A stretch of DNA of 64,000 nt from Terrimicrobiaceae bacterium. Its GTDB lineage: Bacteria > Verrucomicrobiota > Verrucomicrobiia > Chthoniobacterales > Terrimicrobiaceae. The notes below the pieces were generated by a model. The model worked only from the letters and a program-made list of their open reading frames with translations, did not search any database and was not told where the DNA came from. Below, one piece after another: positions 48,482 through 58,936 of this stretch. Every line of letters starts with the position of its first letter. Within the stretch, counting starts at the first letter, position 1. A program made the position numbers and the translations under genes. Where the stretch lies: NCBI GenBank assembly GCA_041752695.1, contig JBGSVZ010000062.1, forward strand, positions 32,001-96,000. The letters are read 5' to 3'.

Positions 48482-48583
48482 GAAGGCCGGAGTCTAGACA
48501 CGACCAACAAAAAGACAAATGCCAGATGTCGGGTTTTCCTTGTCTTTTCGAAGAGGGAGGAATTTACTCCTTTCAGACGTCCA

Positions 48584-49219
48584 ATGAGCACGTTTTTTGT
48601 GCAGAAAGAGGGCCAGAGATGGGGACCGTTCACCACAGAGGAACTTGAGGGGAAAGTGGGTGAGGGAGTTTTTACCCCCGATGACCTGTTTTGGGAGGAA
48701 GGCATGGAAAACTGGCAGCCGCTGAGCGCCGTTTTTAAAACCACCAGCCAGGAGCAATTCGAGGAACAACAGGAATTCGGGGCCGCTCCGGTTTTTGAGA
48801 TCGAGGAAACCAACATCCTCTTTGATTCCCCGGAGGCCCGTCTTACCTCTAAAGTTCTGCACCTTGCCGGAGAGGACATTCCCGTTCACTCGCTGGCCAA
48901 AGCCTCTGTGCAGACGGAAAACATTCACCGCACCAAACCCATTGTCGGCAGCGTTGTCCTCGGTGTGGTGATCATCTGTGTGGCGTTTATCGAAGTCCAC
49001 CGTCCCCATCTTACCGCCTGGCTCATCTGGGGTGCGATCCTGGTCGGGCTGTTTCTCTGGTGGCTCCGGGTGTTTTCCGCCGCGATCCGGCCGGCGGCCA
49101 CCATGTTGATCGTGGACCTTCGCAACGGCGATGAGCGTCTGCTGCGCATGGAGCCCCTGGAGGCCCGGGAACTGGCGGTCGCGATCGACCAGGCCGTCAT
49201 CGCGGCGGTCGATTTTTGA
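48584..49219 (+). CDS. GYF_2 (DUF4339) domain membrane protein
   Basis: FFVQKEGQRWGPFTTEEL...DDLFWEEGMENWQPL; two TM helices. Confidence 0.85.
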   Translation: MSTFFVQKEGQRWGPFTTEELEGKVGEGVFTPDDLFWEEGMENWQPLSAVFKTTSQEQFEEQQEFGAAPVFEIEETNILFDSPEARLTSKVLHLAGEDIPVHSLAKASVQTENIHRTKPIVGSVVLGVVIICVAFIEVHRPHLTAWLIWGAILVGLFLWWLRVFSAAIRPAATMLIVDLRNGDERLLRMEPLEARELAVAIDQAVIAAVDF

Positions 49220-49304
49220 TCCCGCCCCGACCTACCAATCAGTGCGTGAGCGTGCGAATGTGATGGCGTGCGGCTTCCTCCCGGGATAAAAGGCGCGGGA
49301 AATT

Positions 49305-50096
49305 ATGGAATTGCTTCAAGGCGTTTTTTCATTGGGTGCGGCGGTTGCGGCCACCACGGGATCCGGCACAGGGGAATTGGTCGTGGCGTTTTTGACGCTT
49401 TCGGTGCTGGAGATTGTTCTTGGCATCGACAACGTCATCTTTATTTCGATTTTGGCGGGGAAACTCCCCGAGGAACAGCGGGCCAAGGCCCGGTTTATTG
49501 GTCTCGCCCTGGCGATGATCACCCGTCTGCTGCTGCTCCTTTCCATCGCCTGGATGGCCAAACTCACCGCTCCGCTGTTCTCGGTGTTCGCCCATCCCTT
49601 CAGTGGCCGGGATCTCATTTTGATCATTGGCGGTATATTCCTCGTTTGGAAAAGCACCCACGAAATCCACCATAAGCTGGAGGGCGCGGAGGAAGCGCAT
49701 GGCACCGGGAAGGCTCGGGCAACGTTCTCTTCGATCATCATCCAGATCATCCTGCTCGATATTGTGTTCTCCCTGGACTCCGTCATCACGGCCGTCGGGA
49801 TGGTCAGCAATATTCCCGTCATGATGGCCGCCGTGATCGTCGCGGTGATTTTTATGATGTTTTTCGCCGGCCCGATCAGCGGGTTTGTGGAGCGCCACCC
49901 GACCGTCAAGATGCTCGCGCTCAGCTTCCTCTTGCTCATCGGTGTGACCCTGATTGCCGACGGCTTCGGCCAGCACATCTCCAAGGGGTATATTTACTTT
50001 GCGATGGGCTTTTCCGTGTTTGTGGAGTTTCTGAACATCCGCATGCACAAAAAAGCGCCCGAGCCGGTCAAGTTGCACTCCGGAGCCCCGCTGTGA
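49305..50096 (+). CDS. TerC family membrane protein
   Basis: LEIVLGIDNVIFISIL, SGRDLILIIGG, DIVFSLDSVITAVG, KGYIYFAM. Confidence 0.93.
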   Translation: MELLQGVFSLGAAVAATTGSGTGELVVAFLTLSVLEIVLGIDNVIFISILAGKLPEEQRAKARFIGLALAMITRLLLLLSIAWMAKLTAPLFSVFAHPFSGRDLILIIGGIFLVWKSTHEIHHKLEGAEEAHGTGKARATFSSIIIQIILLDIVFSLDSVITAVGMVSNIPVMMAAVIVAVIFMMFFAGPISGFVERHPTVKMLALSFLLLIGVTLIADGFGQHISKGYIYFAMGFSVFVEFLNIRMHKKAPEPVKLHSGAPL

Positions 50097-50097
50097 C

Positions 50098-50919
50098 ATG
50101 ACGCTCGAGCTCCGCGATGTGGGCGAGCCGGGAGAAAGTCTCGGCGAGGTCGTCCTCAGCTTCGCTGAAGCCCTTGGCGCGGATATCGCAGATCTCCCCT
50201 CCGACCCCACGACGCGGATTCACGATATCCGCGTCGGAACAAAAAAACTTCGGGCCCTCCTGCGCCTCGCTGGCGATGTCGTCGGACCGGAAGAACGGGC
50301 GGCCATCGCGACCGAACTGCGGGAAATCCGGCAGGTTTTTTCGGGCTCCCGCGATGAGGAGGTGATGCGCCATCGGCTTGGCGAGATCCTTTGCGATGAA
50401 GCACCCGCAGCTCTGGCGGCCTTGGGACTTGACGCAGAGTCCTCGTCGCCCTTGCCCGCGATTGCGCTTTCCCGCGAACTGGCCGCTGAACTCCGGGCCC
50501 GTTTTCTGGCGGTGGATTTTTCGTCGGTTACTTCCGAGGTTCTCAGTCACCAGGCGGCGCATTCCTACCGCCGGGCGCGCAAAGAAATGGTGCGCTGCCG
50601 GAGCGCGGAGCGCGACGACGTGCTGATGCATGAGTGGCGCAAACGCACCAAGGACGTCTGTTACCACGCGCTCTGCCTCTCGAGTCTGGAACCCATGCGG
50701 AAGCTGGCGCAACCCCTGGATGCCCTCGCGGAATTGCTGGGGGAATATCATGACCTGGCCCTGCTGACGGAACGTTCTTCCGGGCACCAGGCAATCAGGG
50801 CGGCGGTAGACAAGCGCAAGCGAAAGGTGGCACGCGAATGTTTTCGGGCGGCGAAAAAAATCTTCCACCGAAAACCTTCCACTCTCCAAAAAAAATTGGC
50901 CGCCCGGTTCGCTGAATGA
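50098..50919 (+). CDS. CHAD domain protein
   Basis: IHDIRVGTKKLRALLRL, SRDEEV, HEWRKRTKDVCY, LGEYHDL. Confidence 0.88.
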   Translation: MTLELRDVGEPGESLGEVVLSFAEALGADIADLPSDPTTRIHDIRVGTKKLRALLRLAGDVVGPEERAAIATELREIRQVFSGSRDEEVMRHRLGEILCDEAPAALAALGLDAESSSPLPAIALSRELAAELRARFLAVDFSSVTSEVLSHQAAHSYRRARKEMVRCRSAERDDVLMHEWRKRTKDVCYHALCLSSLEPMRKLAQPLDALAELLGEYHDLALLTERSSGHQAIRAAVDKRKRKVARECFRAAKKIFHRKPSTLQKKLAARFAE

Positions 50920-52682
50920 CCATCGCGTTTGTCCTCACCCTGTTGGTGATCGCCATCATTCTGTTCGCCCGCGAGACGCTGCCGGTGGACATCGTGACCT
51001 TGCTTGTCCTCCTGGCGCTGATCGGCACAAAAATTCTCACCCCGCAGGAGGCCTTTGCCGGGTTTGGCAGCGAGATCATCATCATTCTCGGGTCGGTGTT
51101 TATCATCAGTGGAGCGCTGCGCGAGAGTGGCGTGGTGGACTGGCTCGGGCAAAAAATCGGAAATTCCACCCGTGGTGGCGAGAAGTCCCAGTTGGCCATC
51201 CTCATGGGTTCGGTGGCGGGATTTTCGGCCTTCATGAACAACACGACCGTCACGGCGCTGTTGCTCGCCCCGGTTTCCGGGATGGCCCGGAAACGAGGAG
51301 TGAGTCCCTCCAAATTTCTCATGCCCCTGGCCTTCGCCTCCATTCTCGGGGGGACGTGCACTCTCATTGGAACGTCCACGAATATTGCCGTCCGGGGGTT
51401 CCTGGTGGACGCGGGTCTGCCGCCGCTGGGATTTTTTGAGCTCACTCCCGTCGGGCTCGTCATCGTGGCGGCGGGGATTGGCTACATGGTCCTGATTGGG
51501 CGTCACCAACTGCCCGTCCATCCGCCAGAGCGCAGTCTGAGTGAGGATTACGGTCTGCGGGAATACCTTTCGGAAATTGTCATTCGGGAAAACTCTCCGC
51601 TGGCGGGCCAGACCCTCCGCGAATCCGATCTGGGAAGACTGGGTTTTCGTGTGCTCCAACTCCATCGCGAAGGCCGGTCTCTGCCCACCCGTCCCTCGCT
51701 CCAGTTGAAGGTTGGTGACGTTCTGGTGGTCAACGGCCCCGTCGAAAGTCTGATCAAAGTCCGTGAAACCGAGGGCATCGACATCCGGCCCGATGTCAAA
51801 TTTGGCGACCGGGAACTCAAAGCGGATGAGCGCGAAATTCTGGAGCTGATTGTGACTCCGCTCTCGGAACTTCGCGGCCATCGGATTCAGGACCTCGACC
51901 TGCCGGTCCGCTTTGGGGTGGCCGTGCTGGCCATTAATCGTCACGGGCGGCGGTTGCGCGACAAGATCAAAACCGTGCGCCTCGATACCGGGGACATTCT
52001 TCTGGTGCAGGGGCCGCGCGAGGCGATGGCTGACCTGCGGAAAAGTCCGGACTTTGCCGTGTTCGGCGAACCCAACACCACGCCGCACCGCGGGAAAAAA
52101 GGTCTGCTGGTTTTGGGTTTTCTCGGCTTGGGCGTGATCCTCGGCGGGCTGGACGTGGTGCCTCTTTCCGCCGGTTTGTTGGGCGCGGCCGTGGCCACGG
52201 TGCTCACCCGCTGCATGCCCCTGCACAAAGTTTATGCCTGTGTGGAATGGCGGTTGATGGTGCTGATCGCCGGAATGACAGCCTTTGGTCTGGCGATGGA
52301 GCGCACCGGCGCGGCAGGCTGGCTGGCGTCACTCGTGGTCTGGGGCCTGGAGCCTTTTGGGTCCGTCGTCATTCTGGCGGGGTTTGTGTTGTTGACCGTA
52401 GTTTTGACCCAACCGATGTCGAATGCTGCGGCGGCCCTCGTCGTGTTGCCCATCGCCTTGAGCACGGCGGAAAAGCTTGGTCTGAACGGGCGAGCTTTTG
52501 CCGTGGCGATCACCTTCGCGGCGTCGGTTTCCCTGGTCGCCCCGTTTGAGCCCTCGAGCCTGCTGGTCTATGGGCCCGGCAAATATCGCTTTGTCGATTT
52601 TTTGAAAGTGGGGGGCGTTCTCACCCTGTTGCTGGTGGCAATTGTGGTGGCGCTGGTGCCGATTTTTTGGCCGCTTTCGTGA
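50916..52682 (+). CDS. SLC13/CitMHS-type transporter with TrkA-C domains
   Basis: FSAFMNN, SPSKFLMPLAFASILGGTCTLIGTSTN, two TrkA-C repeats, VYGPGKYRFVDF. Confidence 0.9.
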   Translation: MTIAFVLTLLVIAIILFARETLPVDIVTLLVLLALIGTKILTPQEAFAGFGSEIIIILGSVFIISGALRESGVVDWLGQKIGNSTRGGEKSQLAILMGSVAGFSAFMNNTTVTALLLAPVSGMARKRGVSPSKFLMPLAFASILGGTCTLIGTSTNIAVRGFLVDAGLPPLGFFELTPVGLVIVAAGIGYMVLIGRHQLPVHPPERSLSEDYGLREYLSEIVIRENSPLAGQTLRESDLGRLGFRVLQLHREGRSLPTRPSLQLKVGDVLVVNGPVESLIKVRETEGIDIRPDVKFGDRELKADEREILELIVTPLSELRGHRIQDLDLPVRFGVAVLAINRHGRRLRDKIKTVRLDTGDILLVQGPREAMADLRKSPDFAVFGEPNTTPHRGKKGLLVLGFLGLGVILGGLDVVPLSAGLLGAAVATVLTRCMPLHKVYACVEWRLMVLIAGMTAFGLAMERTGAAGWLASLVVWGLEPFGSVVILAGFVLLTVVLTQPMSNAAAALVVLPIALSTAEKLGLNGRAFAVAITFAASVSLVAPFEPSSLLVYGPGKYRFVDFLKVGGVLTLLLVAIVVALVPIFWPLS

Positions 52683-52717
52683 GCTTGCCTTCCGTCACAT
52701 CTGGGTAAACTAGGAGC

Positions 52718-53515
52718 ATGTCCGAATCCGAATCCACGGTCGACCCCGGCATCGAGGTCCGAACGTATTTTGCCCGCGGCCGCAATGCCCTCGTCGCGCG
52801 TGCGGAGTTTTCCGAACTCTATGCCGCGCTTTATCTTCATCAGCTGGACATTGGAGTCCGCCTCGACGCCGCCTGTGATCATCTTCTGAGGGACGCCCTG
52901 GCGGCCATTGCCCTGCACTGCGCCTCGCGCCCGCGCGATGAGTCGTGCGCGTGGACGGTGAATTTTCAAGACCCCCGCGCCAACGTTTTTGTGGCCGGGG
53001 ACAGCCGCCTCGGGACCGTGGTCGGCACGGTTTTCACCGAAAACATCCGTGAGGCAGCGGGCGGGGTGTTTTATGCGGATTTCGTGGAGGGGAACAAACC
53101 TCCGCGCCGCAGTGTGGTGGAATTTTCCGGAGCGGACTTTCTGGCGGCGGTGGAAACGTTTTATCGCCAGAGCGAGCAGCGTCCCGCGCGGCTTTTTCGG
53201 TACGATACCGAGGATCTGGTGATGGTCAGCGCCCAACCCGACTGCGACCTCGCATGGCTCGAATCCCTCACGCCGGAAAGCGTGCGCGAGCTGGATAAGG
53301 ACATCGAACTCAGCCTCTTGGAACAGCGGCAATACCGTTTCGAATGCGGCTGTAATCAGGACCGCATTCTTGCCATGATGTTGCCGGTGCTGCGCGAACA
53401 GGCGGACGATGTTTTCGGGGGCGAGGAAACCATTCGTATCCATTGCCCACGCTGCGGAGCCCGCCACGCCCTCACCCGGGAAGCCGTGGAAGCGCGGCTG
53501 GCGGCGGATAAATGA
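52718..53515 (+). CDS. hslO: Hsp33-family redox chaperone
   Basis: FYRQSEQRP; C-terminal FECGC...IHCPRCG Zn-binding motif. Confidence 0.8.
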   Translation: MSESESTVDPGIEVRTYFARGRNALVARAEFSELYAALYLHQLDIGVRLDAACDHLLRDALAAIALHCASRPRDESCAWTVNFQDPRANVFVAGDSRLGTVVGTVFTENIREAAGGVFYADFVEGNKPPRRSVVEFSGADFLAAVETFYRQSEQRPARLFRYDTEDLVMVSAQPDCDLAWLESLTPESVRELDKDIELSLLEQRQYRFECGCNQDRILAMMLPVLREQADDVFGGEETIRIHCPRCGARHALTREAVEARLAADK

Positions 53516-53650
53516 CTACTTGGAGGTCGCGCTGGTGGGGCAGCAGGCCCCGGTGGGCGCGCAGCATTTTTTCTTTGTTGTGCAGCAGCCGGAAAGGGCG
53601 GCGAGAGAGAAAATTACGGCCAAAGCGATGGTGAAAACGTTCTTCATGCG

Positions 53651-54229
53651 ATGAGAGTAGCTCCAATCCTCCTTTTTTCCAGTGTTTTGCTCGCCCTTGG
53701 GGCTTTTGTGGGCTGCGCCTCACGACAACCCCGGACGGACCCCGTGGGTGCTTACCTAGGTTTTCTCAAGACCCACCCCGGAGCGGATCTCCGCGGGGAC
53801 AAAGAACGGGCTGCCGTTGATCGCTTTGAGTCGTTCCTCAGCGTTTTCACCAAAGAAAAACTGCAGAACGAGACGTCTCGGGTGTATTCGCGGGATGTCT
53901 TCTTCAACGACACGCTGAAAACCGTGCGCGGTTCCGCCGCCCTGGAGGAGTATTTTCTCGGCACCCTGGTGAATACGGAAAGTATCACGGTGGACTTCAC
54001 CGGTGTGGCGCGTTCCGGCAACGATTATTATTTCCGATGGGTGATGGATGTCCGGTTCAAAAAGTTCCAGCGCGGCAAAACCATTCGCACGATTGGTATG
54101 ACCCACGTCCGTTTCAACCAGGATGGTCAGGTCCTTCTTCATCAGGATTATTGGGACTCGGCACAGGGCCTTTTTGAGCACCTCCCCGTCATCGGCGGAC
54201 AAATTCGTTTCATTAAATCGCGGCTTTAA
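53651..54229 (+). CDS. SnoaL/NTF2-like lipoprotein
   Basis: Lipobox FVGC; VYSRDVFFND, GMTHVRFN, HQDYWDSA..LFEHLPVIG. Confidence 0.85.
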   Translation: MRVAPILLFSSVLLALGAFVGCASRQPRTDPVGAYLGFLKTHPGADLRGDKERAAVDRFESFLSVFTKEKLQNETSRVYSRDVFFNDTLKTVRGSAALEEYFLGTLVNTESITVDFTGVARSGNDYYFRWVMDVRFKKFQRGKTIRTIGMTHVRFNQDGQVLLHQDYWDSAQGLFEHLPVIGGQIRFIKSRL

Positions 54230-54302
54230 GCGACAGCGTCGGGGCATAAAACCGCGGCCACTGGCACTACTGGGGAGCATCGCGGCAAGGGGGGACTTTT
54301 TG

Positions 54303-54333
54303 TGCAGGAATTAGTTTTACTTATTTCATGCAT
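54303..54333 (+). promoter_or_regulatory. Putative operator upstream of pflB (copy 1)
   Basis: TGCAG-ga-ATTAG-N5-CTTAT-ttc-ATGCAT; matches 58622-58652 at 21 of 31 positions. Confidence 0.6.
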
Positions 54334-54351
54334 TGACCGAGAGTTGTCTCT

Positions 54352-56604
54352 GTGAAGTCCATCGTTTCTGCTCCGCGCGAAGTCGCTCCCTCCGCCTTTC
54401 GGGCGGGCACCTGGAACTCCGCCATCGATGTTTATGACTTTGTCGTGCGCAACATCACTCCCTACGAGGGAGGGGCTGACTTTCTATGCGGTCCCAGCGA
54501 AAACACGTCCTACCTCTGGAAAGTCTGCAAAAACGCCCTGAAGGAAGAGCGCGCGCGCAATGGTTGCCGTGCGGTGGATGCGGAAACCATTTCCACCATT
54601 ACCAGTCACGCCCCCGGTTATCTCGACAAGGACTATGAGTTGATCGTCGGCCTTCAGACGGACGAGCCCCTGAAACGCCCCATCAAACCCTTCGGCGGTG
54701 TCAAGGTCGTCGCGGGCGCACTGCAGGAACGGGGCGTCGCCTTGTCGCCGAGGGTGGCGGATATTTTTCGTTATGCCAAAAATCACAACGACGCCGTTTT
54801 CTCCGCTTACGACGCCGAGATCCGGTCCTATCGATCCCACCATATTGTCACCGGCCTTCCCGACAACTATGCCCGCGGCCGTATCATCGGCGACTACCGA
54901 CGGTTGGCGCTTTATGGCGCGGACCGTTTGATTGCCGCGAAAAAATCCGACCTCGCCGGGCTCGACGGTCCGATGACGGATCACCTTGTCCGTCTGCGGG
55001 AAGAGGTGAGCCTGCAAATCCGCGCGCTTCAGGATATTAAGAAGATGGCCGCCGGTTACGGTTTCGACGTTTCGTTGCCGGCCACGAATGCCCGTGAGGC
55101 GGTCCAGTGGGTTTATTTCGCGTACCTCGCCGCCGTGAAGGAACAGGACGGGGCGGCCATGTCACTTGGCAATGTCTCGTCGTTCCTCGACATCTACTTC
55201 GAAAAAGACCTCCGCGAAGGCACTCTCACTGAAGCCGGGGCGCAGGAAATCGTAGACCAGTTTGTCATGAAACTCCGGCTCGTCCGGCACCTGCGTCCGG
55301 CAGCTTATGACGAAATTTTCGGCGGCGACCCCACCTGGGTCACCGAATCGATCGGCGGGCAGTTGGCCGATGGCCGCACCAAGGTGACAAAAACCTCCTT
55401 CCGTTTTCTCCAGACGCTTTACAATTTGGGACCTTCCCCGGAACCGAATCTGACCGTCCTCTGGTCGAAGGATTTGCCGGCCGGATTTAAGGCGTTCTGC
55501 GCAAGTGTTTCCATCGACACCTCCTCGCTGCAATACGAGAACGACGACCTCATGCGCGCCGTGCGGGGTTCGGACGACTACGGGATCGCCTGCTGTGTTT
55601 CGCACCAGGCCATCGGAAAATCGATCCAGCATTTCGGCGCGCGGGCCAATCTCGTCAAGGCGCTCCTGCTCGCCCTTAACGCCGGCCGCGAAGAAATCGA
55701 TGGCTCCGTGGTGATGGAAAAAATTTCCGCCCTTTCCCCGGGTCCGCTCGACTACGACGAAGTGATGGCCAATTTTCGCATCGCGATGGCCGACCTCGCC
55801 CGCGTCTATGCCAAGGCGATGTATGTCATCCATTGCATGCACGACAAGTATTACTACGAAGGGGCGCAGATGGCTTTCCTCGACACCGATCCGCACATTG
55901 ACATTGCCTACGGCGCGGCCGGGATTTCGATCATTGCGGATTCTCTCTCGGCCATCAAATACGCGTGTGTCACCCCGGTCCGCAATGCGGCGGGCATCGC
56001 CACGGATTTTCAAATCGAAGGCGACTATCCCCAATACGGCAACGACGACGATCGGGTGGACGCCATCGCGCGGGACGTGACGAAGTTTTTCATCACCGAA
56101 CTCCGCCGTCACCGCGCTTACAAGGATGCCAAACCCACCCTCTCGCTGCTCACCATTACGTCCAACGTGATGTATGGGAAAAACACGGGCGCCACACCGT
56201 GCGGCCGGAAGGCGGGCGAACCTTTTGCCCCTGGTGCCAACCCCATGCACGGCCGGGATACGCACGGGGCCATCGCCTCGCTGGCCTCCGTGGCAAAGTT
56301 TGACTATCGCGATGCGGAGGACGGCATCTCCAACACGTTTTCCATCGTGCCGAAGGCCCTCGGTCCCGCCCGTGCCGATCAGGTGGACAACCTCGTCACC
56401 CTGATGGACGGCTACTTTGGCAGTGGCGCGCATCACCTGAATGTTAATGTCTTCACCCGGGAGACGCTGATGCTGGCTTATGAAAATCCCGAGGAATACC
56501 CGCAGCTGACCATCCGTGTTTCCGGCTACGCGGTGAACTTCACCCGGCTGTCTCGAGCGCACCAGATGGAAGTGATCACACGGACCTTCCACGAAATGAT
56601 GTAG
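54352..56604 (+). CDS. pflB: Pyruvate formate-lyase
   Basis: [30 protein letters not shown] (Cys-Cys), FAPGANP, glycyl radical motif [10 protein letters not shown]. Confidence 0.97.
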   Translation: MKSIVSAPREVAPSAFRAGTWNSAIDVYDFVVRNITPYEGGADFLCGPSENTSYLWKVCKNALKEERARNGCRAVDAETISTITSHAPGYLDKDYELIVGLQTDEPLKRPIKPFGGVKVVAGALQERGVALSPRVADIFRYAKNHNDAVFSAYDAEIRSYRSHHIVTGLPDNYARGRIIGDYRRLALYGADRLIAAKKSDLAGLDGPMTDHLVRLREEVSLQIRALQDIKKMAAGYGFDVSLPATNAREAVQWVYFAYLAAVKEQDGAAMSLGNVSSFLDIYFEKDLREGTLTEAGAQEIVDQFVMKLRLVRHLRPAAYDEIFGGDPTWVTESIGGQLADGRTKVTKTSFRFLQTLYNLGPSPEPNLTVLWSKDLPAGFKAFCASVSIDTSSLQYENDDLMRAVRGSDDYGIACCVSHQAIGKSIQHFGARANLVKALLLALNAGREEIDGSVVMEKISALSPGPLDYDEVMANFRIAMADLARVYAKAMYVIHCMHDKYYYEGAQMAFLDTDPHIDIAYGAAGISIIADSLSAIKYACVTPVRNAAGIATDFQIEGDYPQYGNDDDRVDAIARDVTKFFITELRRHRAYKDAKPTLSLLTITSNVMYGKNTGATPCGRKAGEPFAPGANPMHGRDTHGAIASLASVAKFDYRDAEDGISNTFSIVPKALGPARADQVDNLVTLMDGYFGSGAHHLNVNVFTRETLMLAYENPEEYPQLTIRVSGYAVNFTRLSRAHQMEVITRTFHEMM

Positions 56605-56605
56605 G

Positions 56606-57376
56606 GTGTTGCGTTCGGAAATTTGCGAAGGTTCCGCCAGAGCGGTGAAATCCTTGCGCATCCATTCCCTCGAAACCTTCGGTACCCACGACGGACCGGG
56701 GGTGCGGCTTGTGATTTTCACCCAGGGCTGTCACTTGCGCTGCGCCTATTGCCACAACCCGGACACCCTGTCGCTCACCGGCGGGAAGCTGGTCGACATT
56801 GACGAACTGGTGCGACGGGCCGTCCGGCAAAAACCCTACTTCGGCACCCGTGGCGGTGTCACCGTTTCCGGCGGGGAACCGACCCTCCATGCCGCGGCTC
56901 TGACGGAATTTTTCCTCGCTCTGCGGGCGGAGGAAATTTCTACCTGCCTGGATTCCAACGGTTTCGTTCTCGATGAGGAGGTGAAGGCGCTCTACGAGCA
57001 AACCGACCTTCTTCTCCTCGACATTAAACACATCGACGACGCCTCGCACCGGCGGCTCACGGGACAATCCAATGCCACCCCGCTGGCCGCGGCCGCCTGG
57101 CGAGAGCAGACCGGCCGGCCCATGTGGCTGCGCTACGTGCTGGTTCCCGGCTGGACGGATCAAGAGCCTTTCCTGCGCCAATGGGCGGAACATTTTTCCC
57201 GCTTCCGCACCGTCGCCCGCGTGGAGATTCTCCCCTACCACAAACTGGGTGTTCATAAATGGGAGCACCTCGGCATGGCCTACCGTCTCCAGGGTGTCGA
57301 GCCTCCCTCGCCGGAACTTCTGGAGCGGACCCGCGAGATGTTCGCTTCGTTTTTTCCCGAGGTGATCGTCAAATGA
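56606..57376 (+). CDS. pflA: Pyruvate formate-lyase activating enzyme
   Basis: HSLETFGTHDGPGVR, CHLRCAYCHNPD, GGVTVSGGEP, ILPYHKLGVHKW; start may instead be GTG 56645. Confidence 0.95.
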   Translation: MLRSEICEGSARAVKSLRIHSLETFGTHDGPGVRLVIFTQGCHLRCAYCHNPDTLSLTGGKLVDIDELVRRAVRQKPYFGTRGGVTVSGGEPTLHAAALTEFFLALRAEEISTCLDSNGFVLDEEVKALYEQTDLLLLDIKHIDDASHRRLTGQSNATPLAAAAWREQTGRPMWLRYVLVPGWTDQEPFLRQWAEHFSRFRTVARVEILPYHKLGVHKWEHLGMAYRLQGVEPPSPELLERTREMFASFFPEVIVK

Positions 57377-58602
57377 GCGGGCCCTATCCCGCCGCTCAGC
57401 GCTGGACAGTCGCTGTGGCCGGTACCGCGCTGCAGGTCTGTCTCGGCACCGTTTATGCCTGGAGCTATTTTCAAACGCCCATCCGGGAAGCTCACGGCTG
57501 GAGCAACGAGGCCGTCACCGGGGTCTTCAGTATGGCGATCTGCTGTCTGGGCCTCGCCGCCGCATGGGGGGGATGGCAACTCAAGCGGGGCAAGCTTTCG
57601 CCCCGGCTGCTGGCGGTGACGGGAGGAGTGCTTTTCGGGCTGGGGCATCTTGTCGCCGCGGCCGCGCTGGCCTGGGGTCAGTGGGGGCTGCTCCTTTTCG
57701 GATACGGGGTGATCGGAGGCATTGGTCTGGGTTTGGGCTACGTCGTGCCCGTTGCCACCGCGGTGCGGTGGTTTCCGGACAAAAAGGGTTTTATCACGGG
57801 CTTGGTGGTGATGGGTTTTGGGCTCGGTGCCTTGCTCATGAGCAAGGTGCTGGCGCCTCTCGCCCTGCAGGTTTTCCACGGCAATATCGCCGAGGCCTTT
57901 GCGGCCATGGGCGGCGTGTTTATCGTCCTGGCACCGATGGCCGGGTGGATGATGACAAATCCACCCGCCGACCAGACGTCCCCCGAAACGCAAATGGCTC
58001 CCCCCATCGCCTGGGGCCGATTTGCCCTGCTCTGGCTGCTGTTTTTTTGCAATATCTTCGCCGGGATTTCGCTCATCAGTTTCCAGTCTCCCCTCCTGCA
58101 GGACCTTCTTCGCCGCACCCAACCGGCCCTCTCCGCGCAGGACCTTGCCGCCGCCGGAGCCACTCTCATCGCTTGCGGAGCCCTCTTTAACGGACTGGGC
58201 CGGTTTCTTTGGGGGGCCGTCTCCGATCGCCTCGGGCAGGCCCGCGCCTTTTCCTTCATGTTCGCCGCCCAAATTGCCGCCTTCCTCCTCCTGCCCCACC
58301 TGTCTTCGCCGCTGCTCTTTGGTCTCCTCGTGTGCCTCATCCTGCTTTGTTATGGGGGCGGTTTCGGCGTCGTTCCGTCTTTCATCCACCAGCTCTTTGG
58401 CGAAAAGTCCATGGCGCTTCTCTACGGAATCGCCCTCACCGCGTGGTCCGCCGCCGGCGTCGCGGGTCCCCGATTCCTCGCGTGGCTCCGGGATCACCAT
58501 CCCGCCGAAGAGGCCAGCCGAACGGCCTTCACGGTTAGCGCGGGCTTGATGGCGGCCGGACTCATTCTGTCCCTCCTGCCGACCCTTCGCCCCCGCCGGT
58601 GA
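57373..58602 (+). CDS. OFA-family MFS transporter (oxalate/formate antiporter-like)
   Basis: CLGTVYAWS, GIGLGLGYVVPVATAVRWFPDKKG, NGLGRFLWGAVSDRLG, YGGGFG. Confidence 0.9.
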   Translation: MSGPYPAAQRWTVAVAGTALQVCLGTVYAWSYFQTPIREAHGWSNEAVTGVFSMAICCLGLAAAWGGWQLKRGKLSPRLLAVTGGVLFGLGHLVAAAALAWGQWGLLLFGYGVIGGIGLGLGYVVPVATAVRWFPDKKGFITGLVVMGFGLGALLMSKVLAPLALQVFHGNIAEAFAAMGGVFIVLAPMAGWMMTNPPADQTSPETQMAPPIAWGRFALLWLLFFCNIFAGISLISFQSPLLQDLLRRTQPALSAQDLAAAGATLIACGALFNGLGRFLWGAVSDRLGQARAFSFMFAAQIAAFLLLPHLSSPLLFGLLVCLILLCYGGGFGVVPSFIHQLFGEKSMALLYGIALTAWSAAGVAGPRFLAWLRDHHPAEEASRTAFTVSAGLMAAGLILSLLPTLRPRR

Positions 58603-58621
58603 AGAGGGGAGGAATTTTTCT

Positions 58622-58652
58622 TGCAGATATAAGGAAAACTTATACTATGCAT
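58622..58652 (+). promoter_or_regulatory. Putative operator/promoter (copy 2)
   Basis: TTGCAG-16 bp-TACTAT with the TATAAG-N5-CTTATA dyad between the boxes. Confidence 0.65.
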
Positions 58653-58657
58653 CCGTT

Positions 58658-58924
58658 ATGAGAACCACTTGTGATTGCACGCTCAGCCGTTTGCTCACCG
58701 AAGAGGAGAACGGGCGGGTCCAACAGTTATTCCGGGCCAATGGTGGCTCCCGGGCGACTGGCAGCCTGTTGGCGGAGATTGATCAATTTTCCCAGCGCAA
58801 AGACTGCCCGCACCTGCACCGTGTCGATGAAGAAACCGGCTACTGCTCGTGCAAGGATTTCATCGGAGATTGGATGGCCGAACTCGGGGAACTCGCCGGC
58901 GTCAAGGACGGTCGGCCGTTGTAA
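58658..58924 (+). CDS. Small Cys-rich hypothetical protein
   Basis: 88 aa with CDC, CPHLH and CSC motifs; has its own promoter and fills the gap between convergent genes. Confidence 0.65.
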   Translation: MRTTCDCTLSRLLTEEENGRVQQLFRANGGSRATGSLLAEIDQFSQRKDCPHLHRVDEETGYCSCKDFIGDWMAELGELAGVKDGRPL

Positions 58925-58936
58925 GCCTTCTCCCCG

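Noticed and set aside
47951..48583. N-terminal extension of the 422-aa ORF
   Set aside because: Antisense to the Nudix gene; the GYF_2 domain begins at ATG 48584.
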